Assembly (NCBI RefSeq): GCF_043950625.1
Contig: NZ_CP171007.1
DNA from: Alkanindiges sp. WGS2144
GTDB lineage: Bacteria > Pseudomonadota > Gammaproteobacteria > Pseudomonadales > Moraxellaceae
Strand: one strand, 5' to 3'
DNA: 32,000 bases
Shown: positions 9,035-18,610 of the stretch, piece by piece
Position numbering within the stretch: the stretch's first letter is position 1
Layout: each line of letters opens with the position of its first letter
The notes under the pieces: generated by a model
Told to the model about the DNA's origin: nothing
The model's database searches: none
Seen by the model: the letters and a program-made list of their open reading frames with translations, nothing else
Position numbers and translations under genes: made by a program

Positions 9035-10381
9035 TTAGCGCCAGATAGAATAGCGCTGACCGGCCTGAATTTCTGCAATCAGGCGTTCGGTATTTTGTGA
9101 ATCATCCGGAAATTTGATTTTGTAGTTATTGAGCATGGTAAGCGCATTTTTCTTGTCGCCCATTTGCAGGTAACTATGCGCCAGCGCCAGATAGGCTTCC
9201 TGATAGTCTGCTTTTACTGCGGTATCCAGATGAGAAATAGACTCCCTAAAACCGCCGCCTTCACCCAAGGAAAAACCATACCAGAAGCTGGTTTCCGGGT
9301 CAGCTGGCTTGAGTTTGAGCAGGCGCTGGAAATATACCGCAGATTTAAATGCAGAGTCGGGGCCTGCATCCATGTTGCGTGCCAGTACGTGGGCTTTCAT
9401 GGCGCGTAACAGGACATCGTAAGAGGCGCGTGGATCAACCGCAAGCACATCAAGTTTCTGGGTGATCTGGCGGATTTTCTTTTCTGCCTTCACACGCTCA
9501 ATTTTATTGTTAAAGTATGCCGGATAGTGACGTGCCTTGCCTTCAAGCAGCAGAATATCTTTATCCAGTTCGGTAACATCCAGTTTTTCATCACTGGCGG
9601 ACGGCGTGGAAATGCTCTTGGTCATCAGTTGCTGGTGTAGTGGAATCAATATTTTGGCAAGCGCAGCTTTTAAGGATGGCCCTGTAGCAGCGGTCTGGTC
9701 AGTAGAGGCTGTATTTCCAGTCACTGCATCTGGGGTGGTAGCGTCTGATTGAGTATCAAGGGACTCTGTATTGGCACTGGTGCCTGTAGTAGTAACAGGA
9801 GCATTCAGGTTCACCATATTGCTGTTGTCTTCACTGGCAGCATTTAGGGCGGCAAGTGCTTGTTCATCAAGTTTTAATGCTGGATCAATTTTTAACAATG
9901 CCAGTTCAGGCGACTGGTTTTCTTGTTGCGCAGGTTCAGATTGCGAAAGCTCAGGTTGAGCTGTTTCAGCTGTAGAGCCTGTAACAGCGTCTTTTGTCTG
10001 GTCGTTGCCGATGCTAGCCGGATTGCCCGTAGCCTGAGCAGATGCTGCTGCTGTGGTAGTGGTGGGCTGGGCAGATGTAGTTTGCCCGGGTACCTGAATT
10101 GGCAGCCTGGAAACCACTTCTCCTGTAGTGGGATTAATGATTTTAGGCGTTAAGGCTTCTTTAATTTCCTGCACCAGTATTGGATTTAATGGAGAAAAAT
10201 AATTTTTTGGATTCAGGCGATAGTGTGGAGGTGAGATTTCAGGCTCAACCTTTTGCAGCACCACCGGCTGAGGCTCAGGAGCAGGTAAAGGTGTTTCAAT
10301 GACCTGTTTTGGCGGTGCAATTGTACAGGCGCTAAAAAGTGCACTAGCACAGATCAGAGAGTACAGATAAGATTTTTTCAT
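9035..10381 (-). CDS. lipoprotein with a Pro-rich and Thr/Ala/Gln/Ser-rich disordered region and a C-terminal TPR-like helical domain; function unknown
   Basis: The track ORF (to 10471) is over-extended. The internal ATG at 10381 gives MKKSYLYSLICASALFSAC, a signal peptide with a lipobox. The central ~230 aa are low-complexity. The C-terminal ~150 aa have TPR-like spacing (AYLALAHSYLQMGDKKNALTMLNNY). Confidence 0.6.
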   Translation of the reverse strand: MKKSYLYSLICASALFSACTIAPPKQVIETPLPAPEPQPVVLQKVEPEISPPHYRLNPKNYFSPLNPILVQEIKEALTPKIINPTTGEVVSRLPIQVPGQTTSAQPTTTTAAASAQATGNPASIGNDQTKDAVTGSTAETAQPELSQSEPAQQENQSPELALLKIDPALKLDEQALAALNAASEDNSNMVNLNAPVTTTGTSANTESLDTQSDATTPDAVTGNTASTDQTAATGPSLKAALAKILIPLHQQLMTKSISTPSASDEKLDVTELDKDILLLEGKARHYPAYFNNKIERVKAEKKIRQITQKLDVLAVDPRASYDVLLRAMKAHVLARNMDAGPDSAFKSAVYFQRLLKLKPADPETSFWYGFSLGEGGGFRESISHLDTAVKADYQEAYLALAHSYLQMGDKKNALTMLNNYKIKFPDDSQNTERLIAEIQAGQRYSIWR

Positions 10382-10564
10382 AGTTAAACCTGAAAGTGGC
10401 GATCCCTGTTTGTAAGTAGTAACTTGGCAAACTGCGAGTCTAGAAAAAGGTGCAATCGCTTGCAATGCCAACTACAATGAATATTGCATCAAAATGTAGA
10501 ATTAAGAATAAAAAAAGCGCAACTATAAAAAATACTCGGCAGTTTATAAGGGATTTGTAGCCAG

Positions 10565-10879
10565 CTATAAACAATTTGCAGGCTTGGGTAGACCTGAAAG
10601 TCGTGCCAGGGTACGTGCCACCAATCCGGTATTAAAATCCTGCATTAGCTGTGCATTACTGATTTGATCCCCCACTTCTTTTATCAAAAAGCGAATCAGG
10701 GGACGAGTAGCCGGCGCATAACCAAAGCGCTGGTAAAACTCACGGACTGCCAGCAAAATATCCAGATGATGCTGTTGTAATATTAATCCCTCCTGGGTGG
10801 CCATGTGCTGGGCAACAGCTGGACTCCAGTCCAGATGGTTTTGTAGATGACCATCCTGATCCAGTAAAACCTCAGTCAT
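10565..10879 (-). CDS. tusE: sulfurtransferase TusE (DsrC family), 2-thiouridine sulfur relay
   Basis: 104 aa. The C-terminus GLPKPANCL carries the conserved penultimate-region Cys of DsrC/TusE. It lies immediately downstream of tusDCB. Confidence 0.85.
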   Translation of the reverse strand: MTEVLLDQDGHLQNHLDWSPAVAQHMATQEGLILQQHHLDILLAVREFYQRFGYAPATRPLIRFLIKEVGDQISNAQLMQDFNTGLVARTLARLSGLPKPANCL

Positions 10880-10891
10880 GCTTGCTACACC

Positions 10892-11224
10892 TTATTTCCA
10901 GCTTATGTGCTTATTATATTTTAAAACCAGCGTTGCCCATTCATCATCACTTAAAATATGGCAGCAAGCCAGATTGCTACTAATACCCAGCATTGCTACA
11001 TCGGCCTGTAACAGATAAATGGTGCCAAACACTTGCAGGCGAGTATCTGTATAGCCCTGGGCAGCTTCACCTAGCAGGATGAGTGTGTCCCCAGGCTGCC
11101 AGACTGCCTGTAGCTGCTCAGGAATTGTGCCCCATAAGCGTGGTGCAATACTCAGTTGATGCAGGGTAGAGGCAAAAGAAACAGAATCAGGGGAATCTAT
11201 CATTGGGTATTGTTGGTCTGTCAT
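10892..11224 (-). CDS. tusB: sulfur relay protein TusB (DsrH family)
   Basis: It aligns by eye with E. coli TusB (TLHQLSIAP vs TLHRSP; GDTLILLGEAA; a C-terminal K..ISW resembling the E. coli MAW terminus). The N-terminus is 12-19 aa longer than in E. coli, and the true start could be the ATG at 11203. Confidence 0.65.
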   Translation of the reverse strand: MTDQQYPMIDSPDSVSFASTLHQLSIAPRLWGTIPEQLQAVWQPGDTLILLGEAAQGYTDTRLQVFGTIYLLQADVAMLGISSNLACCHILSDDEWATLVLKYNKHISWK

Positions 11225-11282
11225 GGATTTTGAAAAGCAAATGATTGATGAATGTGAGGTAGAGCATATAACGTTTAACAGA

Positions 11283-11642
11283 TTACCAGTACAAAATATG
11301 ATCGAACTGACTTAATCGCTCAGGTGTTAAAGCAACTGGCTCAAAGGGCAGGCTGGTTCCTTCAAGCAGCACTTGTTCCTTCGCCGATTGTGCCCACGCC
11401 CATACCGGAAATAGATCATAAAACTCAAAACTTTCCAGCATGGGATAAGTTGGTTTAAAGCTGACTGGCGTTGTGATTTGTGGTAATGAAGCGACTAACA
11501 ATTGCAGCGCGTCGTCTTTTAGGCAAACCTTAACCTCCAGGCCAAATGTTGCCAGCACCAGTGTAGCTGACAGGGCTTCCAGCAGGTTTTGTCCGGCAAG
11601 TGGCCCCTGACTCATAATCACTAAAACAGATTTCACAGACAT
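11283..11642 (-). CDS. tusC: sulfur relay protein TusC (DsrF family)
   Basis: 119 aa, the same length and layout as E. coli TusC (N-terminal small-residue loop, EALSATLVLATF, C-terminal HILYW vs VILRF). Confidence 0.85.
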   Translation of the reverse strand: MSVKSVLVIMSQGPLAGQNLLEALSATLVLATFGLEVKVCLKDDALQLLVASLPQITTPVSFKPTYPMLESFEFYDLFPVWAWAQSAKEQVLLEGTSLPFEPVALTPERLSQFDHILYW

Positions 11643-11676
11643 GGCTCAATAATTTAGGTTTATATATTAACAGCTG

Positions 11677-12051
11677 CTACATTTGAATCGTACGGTTAGC
11701 GTTTAGCATAGCTTCTGCCAGTTCTCCCAGCCCTGCCATACGAAAGCCCGGTATCAAATTGGCGGCATTCAGCTGATGGCGTGCAGTATTATCCGGGTCG
11801 CTTACGCCCCGAAATAATGCAGCACTCACACAAACAGGCAGGTCAATGCCCAGTTGTTGCCACAGATGCCCCAGATTTGGTTCATCGGCAGGGCGCCAGA
11901 CTAGCTGGTTTGCAATAGTAACTGCTTCCTGATAAAAGAAAACCTGTACGGGGTGCTGTTTTTTTAACAATGCCTGAGTCAGTCTGAACGCATGCCATGC
12001 TACCACTGTACTGGCAGGCTGTGTTAACAAAACTAGTGTACTCATCTCCAT
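11677..12051 (-). CDS. tusD: sulfurtransferase TusD (DsrE family)
   Basis: About 122-124 aa. The VCVSAALFRGV segment holds the conserved active-site Cys seen in E. coli TusD (ICVAAALRRGV). The start may be the second ATG at 12045. Confidence 0.85.
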   Translation of the reverse strand: MEMSTLVLLTQPASTVVAWHAFRLTQALLKKQHPVQVFFYQEAVTIANQLVWRPADEPNLGHLWQQLGIDLPVCVSAALFRGVSDPDNTARHQLNAANLIPGFRMAGLGELAEAMLNANRTIQM

Positions 12052-12119
12052 GATTCCTGCATAAATAGTTCGATATCATGACAAGGTGAATATCTGGCTA
12101 TATAAATTGAGGTTAACTT

Positions 12120-13127
12120 ATGATTTTGGTGACAGGTGGCCTGGGGTATATCGGATCACATATGGCTGCTATATTACTGGCAAATAGTCACGACGTCATT
12201 CTGGTTGACAATTTATGTAACAGTAAAATGGAAGTGCTGGAGCGTCTTGAATATATGGCTGGACGTTATGTGACTTTTATCCGGCTGGATGTTAGAAATA
12301 CGCCGGCTTTGCAGCGCACTATTGAACAATATGCAGTCAATGCCATTGTGCATTGTGCGGGCACCAAGGTTATTCCAGACTCAGTAATACACCCGCTTGA
12401 TTTTTATAATAATAATGTGACCTGCACCACAAGTGTGCTACGTGCCATGCAACGCTCTTCAATCAAAACCATGGTGTTTGCTTCATCACTGGCCGTTTAT
12501 GGCGCAGATCAGGCAGAAGCTGTAGACGAGCAAAGTCCTTTTAAGCCTGTTAATCCTTTTGCCACAAGTTTGCAAATGTCTGAGCAGATTATCAGGGATG
12601 TGGTACAGGCTGACCCTGACTGGCGTATTGCCATCATGCGTTATGGCAATGTGGCCGGTGCTTTTCCGACTGGCGTGTTAGGAGAATGGCCAGCTAACCT
12701 GCCTTCCAATCTGGTGCCTTATCTAATGCAGGTAGCACGTCAGGAGCGTGATCAGATTGATATTTATGGGGGACAGTATGCAACACCCGATGGTACAGCA
12801 GTGCGTGACTATGTGCATGTTATGGATGCTGTTGAGGCCAATATGCATGCACTAGGCTGGCTGTTTAACCAGACTCAGGCATTTGATAGTTTTAATATCT
12901 GTTCAGGTAAGGGCATTAGCGTAAAACAGGCGGTAGGTATTGCCAGTGAAGTGACTGAACAGCCAATTTCGCAGCAGGTGATTGATGAGCGTTCTGGTGA
13001 TGTGGCCAGCCTGATAGGCAATCCCGCACATGCAAAAGAAGTGCTGCACTGGCAGGCCAAGCGCAGTTTTGAGGATATTATCACTGATACATGGCGATTT
13101 TATCAGCTATTAAGACCTTTAACTTAA
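12120..13127 (+). CDS. galE: UDP-glucose 4-epimerase family (GalE-like extended SDR); catalytic YxxxK motif not conserved
   Basis: 335 aa, collinear with E. coli GalE (VTGGLGYIGSH, DNLCNS, GTAVRDYVHVMD). Where GalE has PYGKSK, codons 12558-12572 encode PFATSL. Confidence 0.8.
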   Translation: MILVTGGLGYIGSHMAAILLANSHDVILVDNLCNSKMEVLERLEYMAGRYVTFIRLDVRNTPALQRTIEQYAVNAIVHCAGTKVIPDSVIHPLDFYNNNVTCTTSVLRAMQRSSIKTMVFASSLAVYGADQAEAVDEQSPFKPVNPFATSLQMSEQIIRDVVQADPDWRIAIMRYGNVAGAFPTGVLGEWPANLPSNLVPYLMQVARQERDQIDIYGGQYATPDGTAVRDYVHVMDAVEANMHALGWLFNQTQAFDSFNICSGKGISVKQAVGIASEVTEQPISQQVIDERSGDVASLIGNPAHAKEVLHWQAKRSFEDIITDTWRFYQLLRPLT

Positions 13128-13294
13128 AGTAACAAACAAGCGCCAAAATCACTTTTGATACCACATTGCCCAGTCTCTAACATATAAAACAACCATAAAC
13201 TCTTGGGATAAAACATAGCCCGAACCATGCTGCGCTGATCCGCCCTGAAGTTGCGTAGCCATTTGATGAGCCTAAATGTCGACTGGAGCAATCA

Positions 13295-14686
13295 ATGAAT
13301 ACCCGCACTGAATACGACACAATGGGAGAGGTTGAGGTTCCTGCAACTGCCTATTGGGGAGCACAAACCCAGCGTAGCCTACAGAACTTTAAAATTGGTC
13401 AGGAACATATGCCCAGACCCATGATTAAAGCCATGGGAACCGTAAAAAAAGCAGCGGCAATGGTCAATGCAGAACTGGGGCAGATTAGCGAGGAAATCGC
13501 CAGACTTATTATTCCTGCCGCAGAACAGGTGATCACAGGAGACTGGGACGAACAATTTCCCCTAGTGATATGGCAAACCGGTTCAGGCACTCAAAGCAAC
13601 ATGAACTGCAATGAAGTAATTGCCAACCTGGCCAATCAAAGTGTTGGGCAGCCGCTGGGTGCGCAGTATCCGGTGCATCCCAACGACCATGTTAACCGCG
13701 CTCAGTCTACCAATGATTCATTTCCTACTGCCATTCATATTGCCGCAGCCGTTGAAATCAATGAACTACTCATTCCTGCGGTTAAACAACTGCGTAATAC
13801 CTTGGATGAAAAATCCCGTAAGTTTGAGAGTATTGTCAAGATTGGCCGCACTCATTTACAGGATGCGACTCCTTTAACACTGGGGCAGGAGTTTAGTGCC
13901 TATGTGTGCCAGCTTGATCATGGCTTAAAGCGGCTTAATCAGGCATTACAGGGTTTGTATGAATTGCCTTTGGGGGGCACAGCGGTAGGCACTGGATTAA
14001 ACGCCCATCCTGATTATGCCGCTAAAAGTGCCGATAAAATTGCCGAATTAACCGGCTTGCCATTTATTACAGCGCCTAATAAATTTGAGGCACTGGCGGC
14101 GCGTGATGCGGCGGTATTTGCATCGGGTGCACTCAAGACGCTGGCGGTAAGCCTAAATAAAATTGCCAACGATATTCGCTGGCTGGCCAGCGGTCCGCGC
14201 TGTGGTATTGGCGAGATTTTTATTCCAGAAAATGAGCCAGGCTCCAGTATTATGCCGGGCAAGGTGAATCCTACACAGTCTGAAGCCATGACCATGGTGG
14301 TGGCACAGGTGCTGGGTAACGACACCACCGTTAATATTGCTGGTGCGTCAGGTAATTTTGAGCTTAACGTGTTTATGCCTGTAATCGCCTTTAACCTGCT
14401 GCAATCTATACGTTTGTTAGGGGACGCCTGCAACAGCTTCAATAATAATTGCGCATACGGTATTGAGCCAAACCTTAGCAAAATTGAATATAACCTGCAT
14501 AACTCGCTGATGCTGGTGACTTCCTTAAATCCGGTCATTGGCTACGAGAATGCAGCCAGAGTTGCCAAAACTGCCTACAAAGAAGGCAAGACCCTCAAGC
14601 AGGTGGCAGTAGAGTTGGGGCTGGTGACTGCTGAACAGTTTGATCAAGTGGTGCGGCCAGAGCAAATGGTTGCGCCAAGGGCATAA
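13295..14686 (+). CDS. fumC: class II fumarate hydratase
   Basis: 463 aa. It carries the signature [13 protein letters not shown] and the TQSSND-like QSTNDSFPT motif, with full-length FumC layout. Confidence 0.95.
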   Translation: MNTRTEYDTMGEVEVPATAYWGAQTQRSLQNFKIGQEHMPRPMIKAMGTVKKAAAMVNAELGQISEEIARLIIPAAEQVITGDWDEQFPLVIWQTGSGTQSNMNCNEVIANLANQSVGQPLGAQYPVHPNDHVNRAQSTNDSFPTAIHIAAAVEINELLIPAVKQLRNTLDEKSRKFESIVKIGRTHLQDATPLTLGQEFSAYVCQLDHGLKRLNQALQGLYELPLGGTAVGTGLNAHPDYAAKSADKIAELTGLPFITAPNKFEALAARDAAVFASGALKTLAVSLNKIANDIRWLASGPRCGIGEIFIPENEPGSSIMPGKVNPTQSEAMTMVVAQVLGNDTTVNIAGASGNFELNVFMPVIAFNLLQSIRLLGDACNSFNNNCAYGIEPNLSKIEYNLHNSLMLVTSLNPVIGYENAARVAKTAYKEGKTLKQVAVELGLVTAEQFDQVVRPEQMVAPRA

Positions 14687-14979
14687 TATGACCATCTGTA
14701 CTTTATTTGACGAGCATCTGCAAACAGGAAGCTAAAAATTAAGCCCGGCGTCCTGTTTTTTTAATGCCTTCAATAATTTTTATTTTAAACCAAAATTAGG
14801 AAACTAATTTAATATCCTAGTGTAATTTTATGGACTGAACTATTGGTACAAGCAATCTATTTCGTACCAGCACAACATTTAGGCAAAATAACACTTTAAC
14901 GGATTGATACATGCAAATGAGTAAGTAAAACAGTATAATCCTGTCTTTCTTAAATTTTAGTAGCGCATCGGGATAGACA

Positions 14980-17142
14980 ATGACTGCACGTATTCAACAG
15001 GGCAAGCTGAGTATTGCCAAAGAACTGTACGATTTTATTGAAAACGAAGCCTTGGCTGGTACAGGCGTCGATAGTGCAACCTACTGGAAAAATTTTGAAC
15101 AGGTCGTTACTGATTTAACGCCAAAAAACAAAGAATTGCTGGCTAAGCGTGAAGAACTACAAGCCAAAATTGACGAATGGCATCGGGCCAACCCTACTTT
15201 TGACAAAACCGCTTATCAGGCGTTTTTACGTGAAATTGGTTACATTGTACCAGAAGGTGAAGACTTTCAAATTAGCACGACCAATGTTGATGATGAAATT
15301 GCCCATATTGCAGGTGCCCAGTTGGTGGTACCAGTACGTAATGCACGTTATGCCTTAAATGCTGCCAATGCACGCTGGGGTTCATTGTATGATGCCCTGT
15401 ATGGCACAGATGTGATCTCTGAAGCAGATGGTGCTGAAAAAGGCAAAGGCTATAATCCGATTCGTGGTAACCAGGTTATTGCATTTGCCAAAGACTTTCT
15501 GGATAAAATTTTCGCGCTGGAAAACGGTTCGCATAAAGACGCGACCAAATATGCGATTGATGGCAACAAGCTAACAGTTACTTTGAAAGATGGCAGTACT
15601 GCTGGTCTTAAAAATGCTGAGCAACTGGCTGGCTACAATGGTGATGCAGCCAGCCCAAATGAAGTGCTGCTAAAAAACAACGGTCTGCACGTGGTTATTC
15701 AAATTGATGCCAACAGCCCAATTGGTCAGACCGATGCTGCGGGGGTAAAAGACTTACTGGTTGAAGCAGCGGTCACCACCATTCAGGATCTGGAAGACTC
15801 TGTAGCAGCGGTTGATGCCGAAGAAAAAGTGGAAGGCTATCGCAACTGGCTAGGCCTGATCAAAGGTGATCTGGAAGAATCCTTCCAGAAAGGCGGCAAA
15901 ACCGTTACCCGTAAAATGAATCCAGACCTTACATTCAAGGATTTAAATGGCGGCGAGCTAAAACTACATGGCCGTTCACTGATGTTGCTGCGTAATGTGG
16001 GTCATTTAATGACTAACCCAGCTATTTTGGTGGATGGTGAGGAAGTTTTTGAGGGCATCATGGATGCATTGGTGACTTCTTTACTAACTACACACGACAT
16101 CAAAGGCACCAACAGTCTGCGCAACTCACGCACTGGCTCCATGTACATTGTTAAGCCAAAAATGCATGGCCCGGATGAAGTGAAGTTCGCCGTTGAGCTG
16201 TTTGAACGTGCTGAACAGGCTGTGGGATTACCGGCTAAATCTCTCAAGATCGGTATTATGGATGAAGAGCGCCGTACCTCTGTTAACTTAAAAGAGTGTA
16301 TCCGTGCTGCGGCTGACCGCACTATTTTTATTAACACTGGCTTTATGGATCGTACTGGTGACGAAATCCATACTTCTATGGAAGCTGGCCCTGTAGTTCG
16401 TAAAGAAGAAGTAAAAACCCAGAAATGGCTGGCAGCTTACGAAAACCGTAACGTGGCTATTGGTCTGGCTTGCGGCCTGCAAGGCAAAGCGCAAATTGGT
16501 AAAGGCATGTGGGCCAAGCCAGACATGTTAAAAGATATGGTTGCACAAAAAGTTGCTCATCCTAAAGCCGGGGCTTCCTGTGCATGGGTTCCATCACCAA
16601 CAGGTGCAACCCTGCATGCCCTGCATTATCATGATGTGAATGTTAAAGCGCGTCAGGATGAGCTTAAAGTACAACCAGCAGCTTCACTAGAAGACCTGTT
16701 AACACCGCCTTTAGCCACTGATACCAGCTGGACCAAAGACGAAATTACCAATGAGCTGGAAAACAACTGCCAAGGTATTTTAGGTTATGTGGTTCGCTGG
16801 GTAGATCTGGGTGTTGGTTGCTCCAAAGTGCCTGATATCAATAACGTAGGCCTAATGGAAGACCGTGCAACCTTGCGTATTTCCAGCCAGCATGTAGCCA
16901 ACTGGTTGCGTCATAATATCGTGACCCAAGAGCAGGTACAGGAAGTGCTGGAGCGTATGGCAGTGATTGTTGACCAGCAAAATGCCAACGACCCATTTTA
17001 CAAGCCAATGGCACCAAACTTTGCCAATAGCGTGGCTTTTCAGGCGGCGAGTGACCTGATCTTTAAGGGCACTGTACAACCAAGTGGCTACACTGAGCCA
17101 TTACTGCATGCTGCACGTTTGAAGTTAAAAGCTGAGGCTTAA
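14980..17142 (+). CDS. glcB: malate synthase G
   Basis: 720 aa, the size and collinear sequence of GlcB (N-terminal [48 protein letters not shown]). Confidence 0.95.
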   Translation: MTARIQQGKLSIAKELYDFIENEALAGTGVDSATYWKNFEQVVTDLTPKNKELLAKREELQAKIDEWHRANPTFDKTAYQAFLREIGYIVPEGEDFQISTTNVDDEIAHIAGAQLVVPVRNARYALNAANARWGSLYDALYGTDVISEADGAEKGKGYNPIRGNQVIAFAKDFLDKIFALENGSHKDATKYAIDGNKLTVTLKDGSTAGLKNAEQLAGYNGDAASPNEVLLKNNGLHVVIQIDANSPIGQTDAAGVKDLLVEAAVTTIQDLEDSVAAVDAEEKVEGYRNWLGLIKGDLEESFQKGGKTVTRKMNPDLTFKDLNGGELKLHGRSLMLLRNVGHLMTNPAILVDGEEVFEGIMDALVTSLLTTHDIKGTNSLRNSRTGSMYIVKPKMHGPDEVKFAVELFERAEQAVGLPAKSLKIGIMDEERRTSVNLKECIRAAADRTIFINTGFMDRTGDEIHTSMEAGPVVRKEEVKTQKWLAAYENRNVAIGLACGLQGKAQIGKGMWAKPDMLKDMVAQKVAHPKAGASCAWVPSPTGATLHALHYHDVNVKARQDELKVQPAASLEDLLTPPLATDTSWTKDEITNELENNCQGILGYVVRWVDLGVGCSKVPDINNVGLMEDRATLRISSQHVANWLRHNIVTQEQVQEVLERMAVIVDQQNANDPFYKPMAPNFANSVAFQAASDLIFKGTVQPSGYTEPLLHAARLKLKAEA

Positions 17143-17157
17143 TGACGCTAAGCTAAA

Positions 17158-17186
17158 AGAACCGCTCTTATTCAGGGCGGTTTTTT
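17158..17186 (+). terminator. intrinsic terminator of glcB
   Basis: aagaaccgctc pairs with gggcggtttt around the 7-nt loop ttattca. The stem includes G-U pairs and is followed by a T6 run. Confidence 0.75.
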
Positions 17187-17311
17187 ATTGCCGGAGCAGT
17201 TTTTGTTGGTATTGCAGGTACAAACAGCAAACTATAAAACTGGATTGGTTATTAAGCCTGCTTTTGGTTTAATGTTATGATGTACTTGCCTGCATGGCGG
17301 AGTAAGAGTGA

Positions 17312-18229
17312 GTGAAGGATAAGCAATCCAGCAGTTTTCGTAGCAATTTTCGGAATATTGGCTTAGTAGGGCGTACCGGAAAAACATCGGTCGTTGATAC
17401 CTTATGCCTGCTGTATGAGTATTTGCTTGAAAAAGGCTTGCGTCCAATTTTTGATGAAGAGACAGCCAGTCTGCTTCCCATTGACACTGCGCAAGTGGTC
17501 TCGCGCTCCTTGCTGGGAGAGGCATGTGATCTAGTGATTGTGGTGGGTGGTGATGGGTCACTGTTGCATGCGGCTCGTGAGCTGGTGCGTTATAAAACAC
17601 CGGTGATTGGTATTAACCGTGGCCGACTGGGCTTTTTGACAGATGTTTCACCGCATGAAGTCCTGTATAAGCTTGATCAGGTATTTACCGGGCAGTACAG
17701 TATTGACCGGCGCTTCTTGTTGCAGCTAGAAGTACGCTCAGACAATCAGCTTAAATATGAAGCTATTGCGCTCAATGATATTGTGTTACATGCGGGTAAA
17801 TCGGTACATATGATTGATTTTGAGCTAAGCATTGATGGGCATTATGTATACCGCCAGCATAGTGATGGCCTGATTATTTCCACGCCCACTGGTTCAACCG
17901 CCTATGCGCTGTCCGCAGGTGGGCCTATTATGTATCCCACTATGGATGCTGTGGTCATTGTGCCCATGCATCCGCATACCCTGTCCAGCCGCCCTATTGT
18001 GGTAGGTGGGGAAAGTGAAATTAAAATCCAGATTCGGGATAATCGGGTGCTGCCGATGGTGAGTGCCGACGGACAAACCAGCATTTCCCTGCAAATTGGT
18101 GATCGGCTGCATATTCGTAAGCATCCCTTTAAATTAAGCCTGTTGCATCCGCCAGGCTATGATTTTTATGCAGCTTGCCGTACCAAACTAGGCTGGAATC
18201 AGGATTTTGATAAGTTTCAAGAAGATTAG
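17312..18229 (+). CDS. nadK: NAD+ kinase
   Basis: 305 aa from a GTG start. Motifs FRNIGLVGR, VVGGDGSLL, and STPTGSTAYALSAGGPI are typical of NadK. Confidence 0.9.
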   Translation: MKDKQSSSFRSNFRNIGLVGRTGKTSVVDTLCLLYEYLLEKGLRPIFDEETASLLPIDTAQVVSRSLLGEACDLVIVVGGDGSLLHAARELVRYKTPVIGINRGRLGFLTDVSPHEVLYKLDQVFTGQYSIDRRFLLQLEVRSDNQLKYEAIALNDIVLHAGKSVHMIDFELSIDGHYVYRQHSDGLIISTPTGSTAYALSAGGPIMYPTMDAVVIVPMHPHTLSSRPIVVGGESEIKIQIRDNRVLPMVSADGQTSISLQIGDRLHIRKHPFKLSLLHPPGYDFYAACRTKLGWNQDFDKFQED

Positions 18230-18249
18230 GTTTCAAGAGGTTTAATACC

Positions 18250-18540
18250 ATGAATATTGACCAGGTGCTGGCTGCGTTGACACCAGAAATTGTTGAGCGC
18301 TTTAGAACTGCCATTGAAATTGGCAAATGGCCAGATGGTCGTGTCCTGACGCCTGAGCAGCGCGAAACCTGTATGCAGGCTGTGCTGGCCTGGGAACATA
18401 CCCATTTACCGGAGGAGCAGCGTACTGGTTATATCGACCGGGGTAGCAAGAAAAAAGATGAAACCTGCGATTCGCATGATTCTTCCAACAGCCACTCTCA
18501 TCAGCTGGATGATGAAGAAAGGCCACTACGTCTGATATAA
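18250..18540 (+). CDS. YeaC-family protein (DUF1315)
   Basis: 96 aa. The N-terminal 60 aa are collinear with E. coli YeaC (VERFRTAIEIGKWPDGRVLTPEQRETCMQAVLAWE). It starts 20 nt after nadK. Confidence 0.75.
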   Translation: MNIDQVLAALTPEIVERFRTAIEIGKWPDGRVLTPEQRETCMQAVLAWEHTHLPEEQRTGYIDRGSKKKDETCDSHDSSNSHSHQLDDEERPLRLI

Positions 18541-18610
18541 GAAACCATTGATATTTAGCTGTGCAGCCCAATATCAGTTGAGTGATTTTTCAAGAATTAA
18601 GAGAAGCTTA

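Noticed and set aside
9500-10150. Repetitive-looking DNA inside the lipoprotein gene
   Set aside because: It reflects low-complexity Thr/Ala/Gln/Ser coding sequence with only loose internal repeats. It is not a tandem repeat array or a CRISPR.
14014-14538. 174-aa minus-strand ORF inside fumC. Similar long antisense ORFs occur at 166-588, 2509-2958, 7879-8370 and 16002-16337.
   Set aside because: Each lies opposite a confidently identified gene (fumC, tyrA/aroA, helicase, GspE-like, glcB). None has recognisable motifs or an RBS. I treat them as shadow ORFs.
14722-14766. Possible fumC terminator: aaacagga pairing with tcctgttt, followed by a T-run
   Set aside because: The 21-nt loop makes the hairpin weak. 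It is plausible, but not supported well enough to list as a feature.
14904-14939. Consensus TATAAT (14934-14939) upstream of glcB, with TTGATA at 14904-14909
   Set aside because: The spacer would be 24 nt, too long for a sigma70 promoter. The hexamer at 17-nt spacing (ATGCAA) is poor, so I do not call a promoter.
17232-17600. 122-aa minus-strand ORF spanning the nadK 5' end and upstream spacer
   Set aside because: It overlaps the well-supported nadK N-terminus (FRNIGLVGR, VVGGDGSLL are on the other strand). It has no family resemblance and would run into the glcB terminator region.
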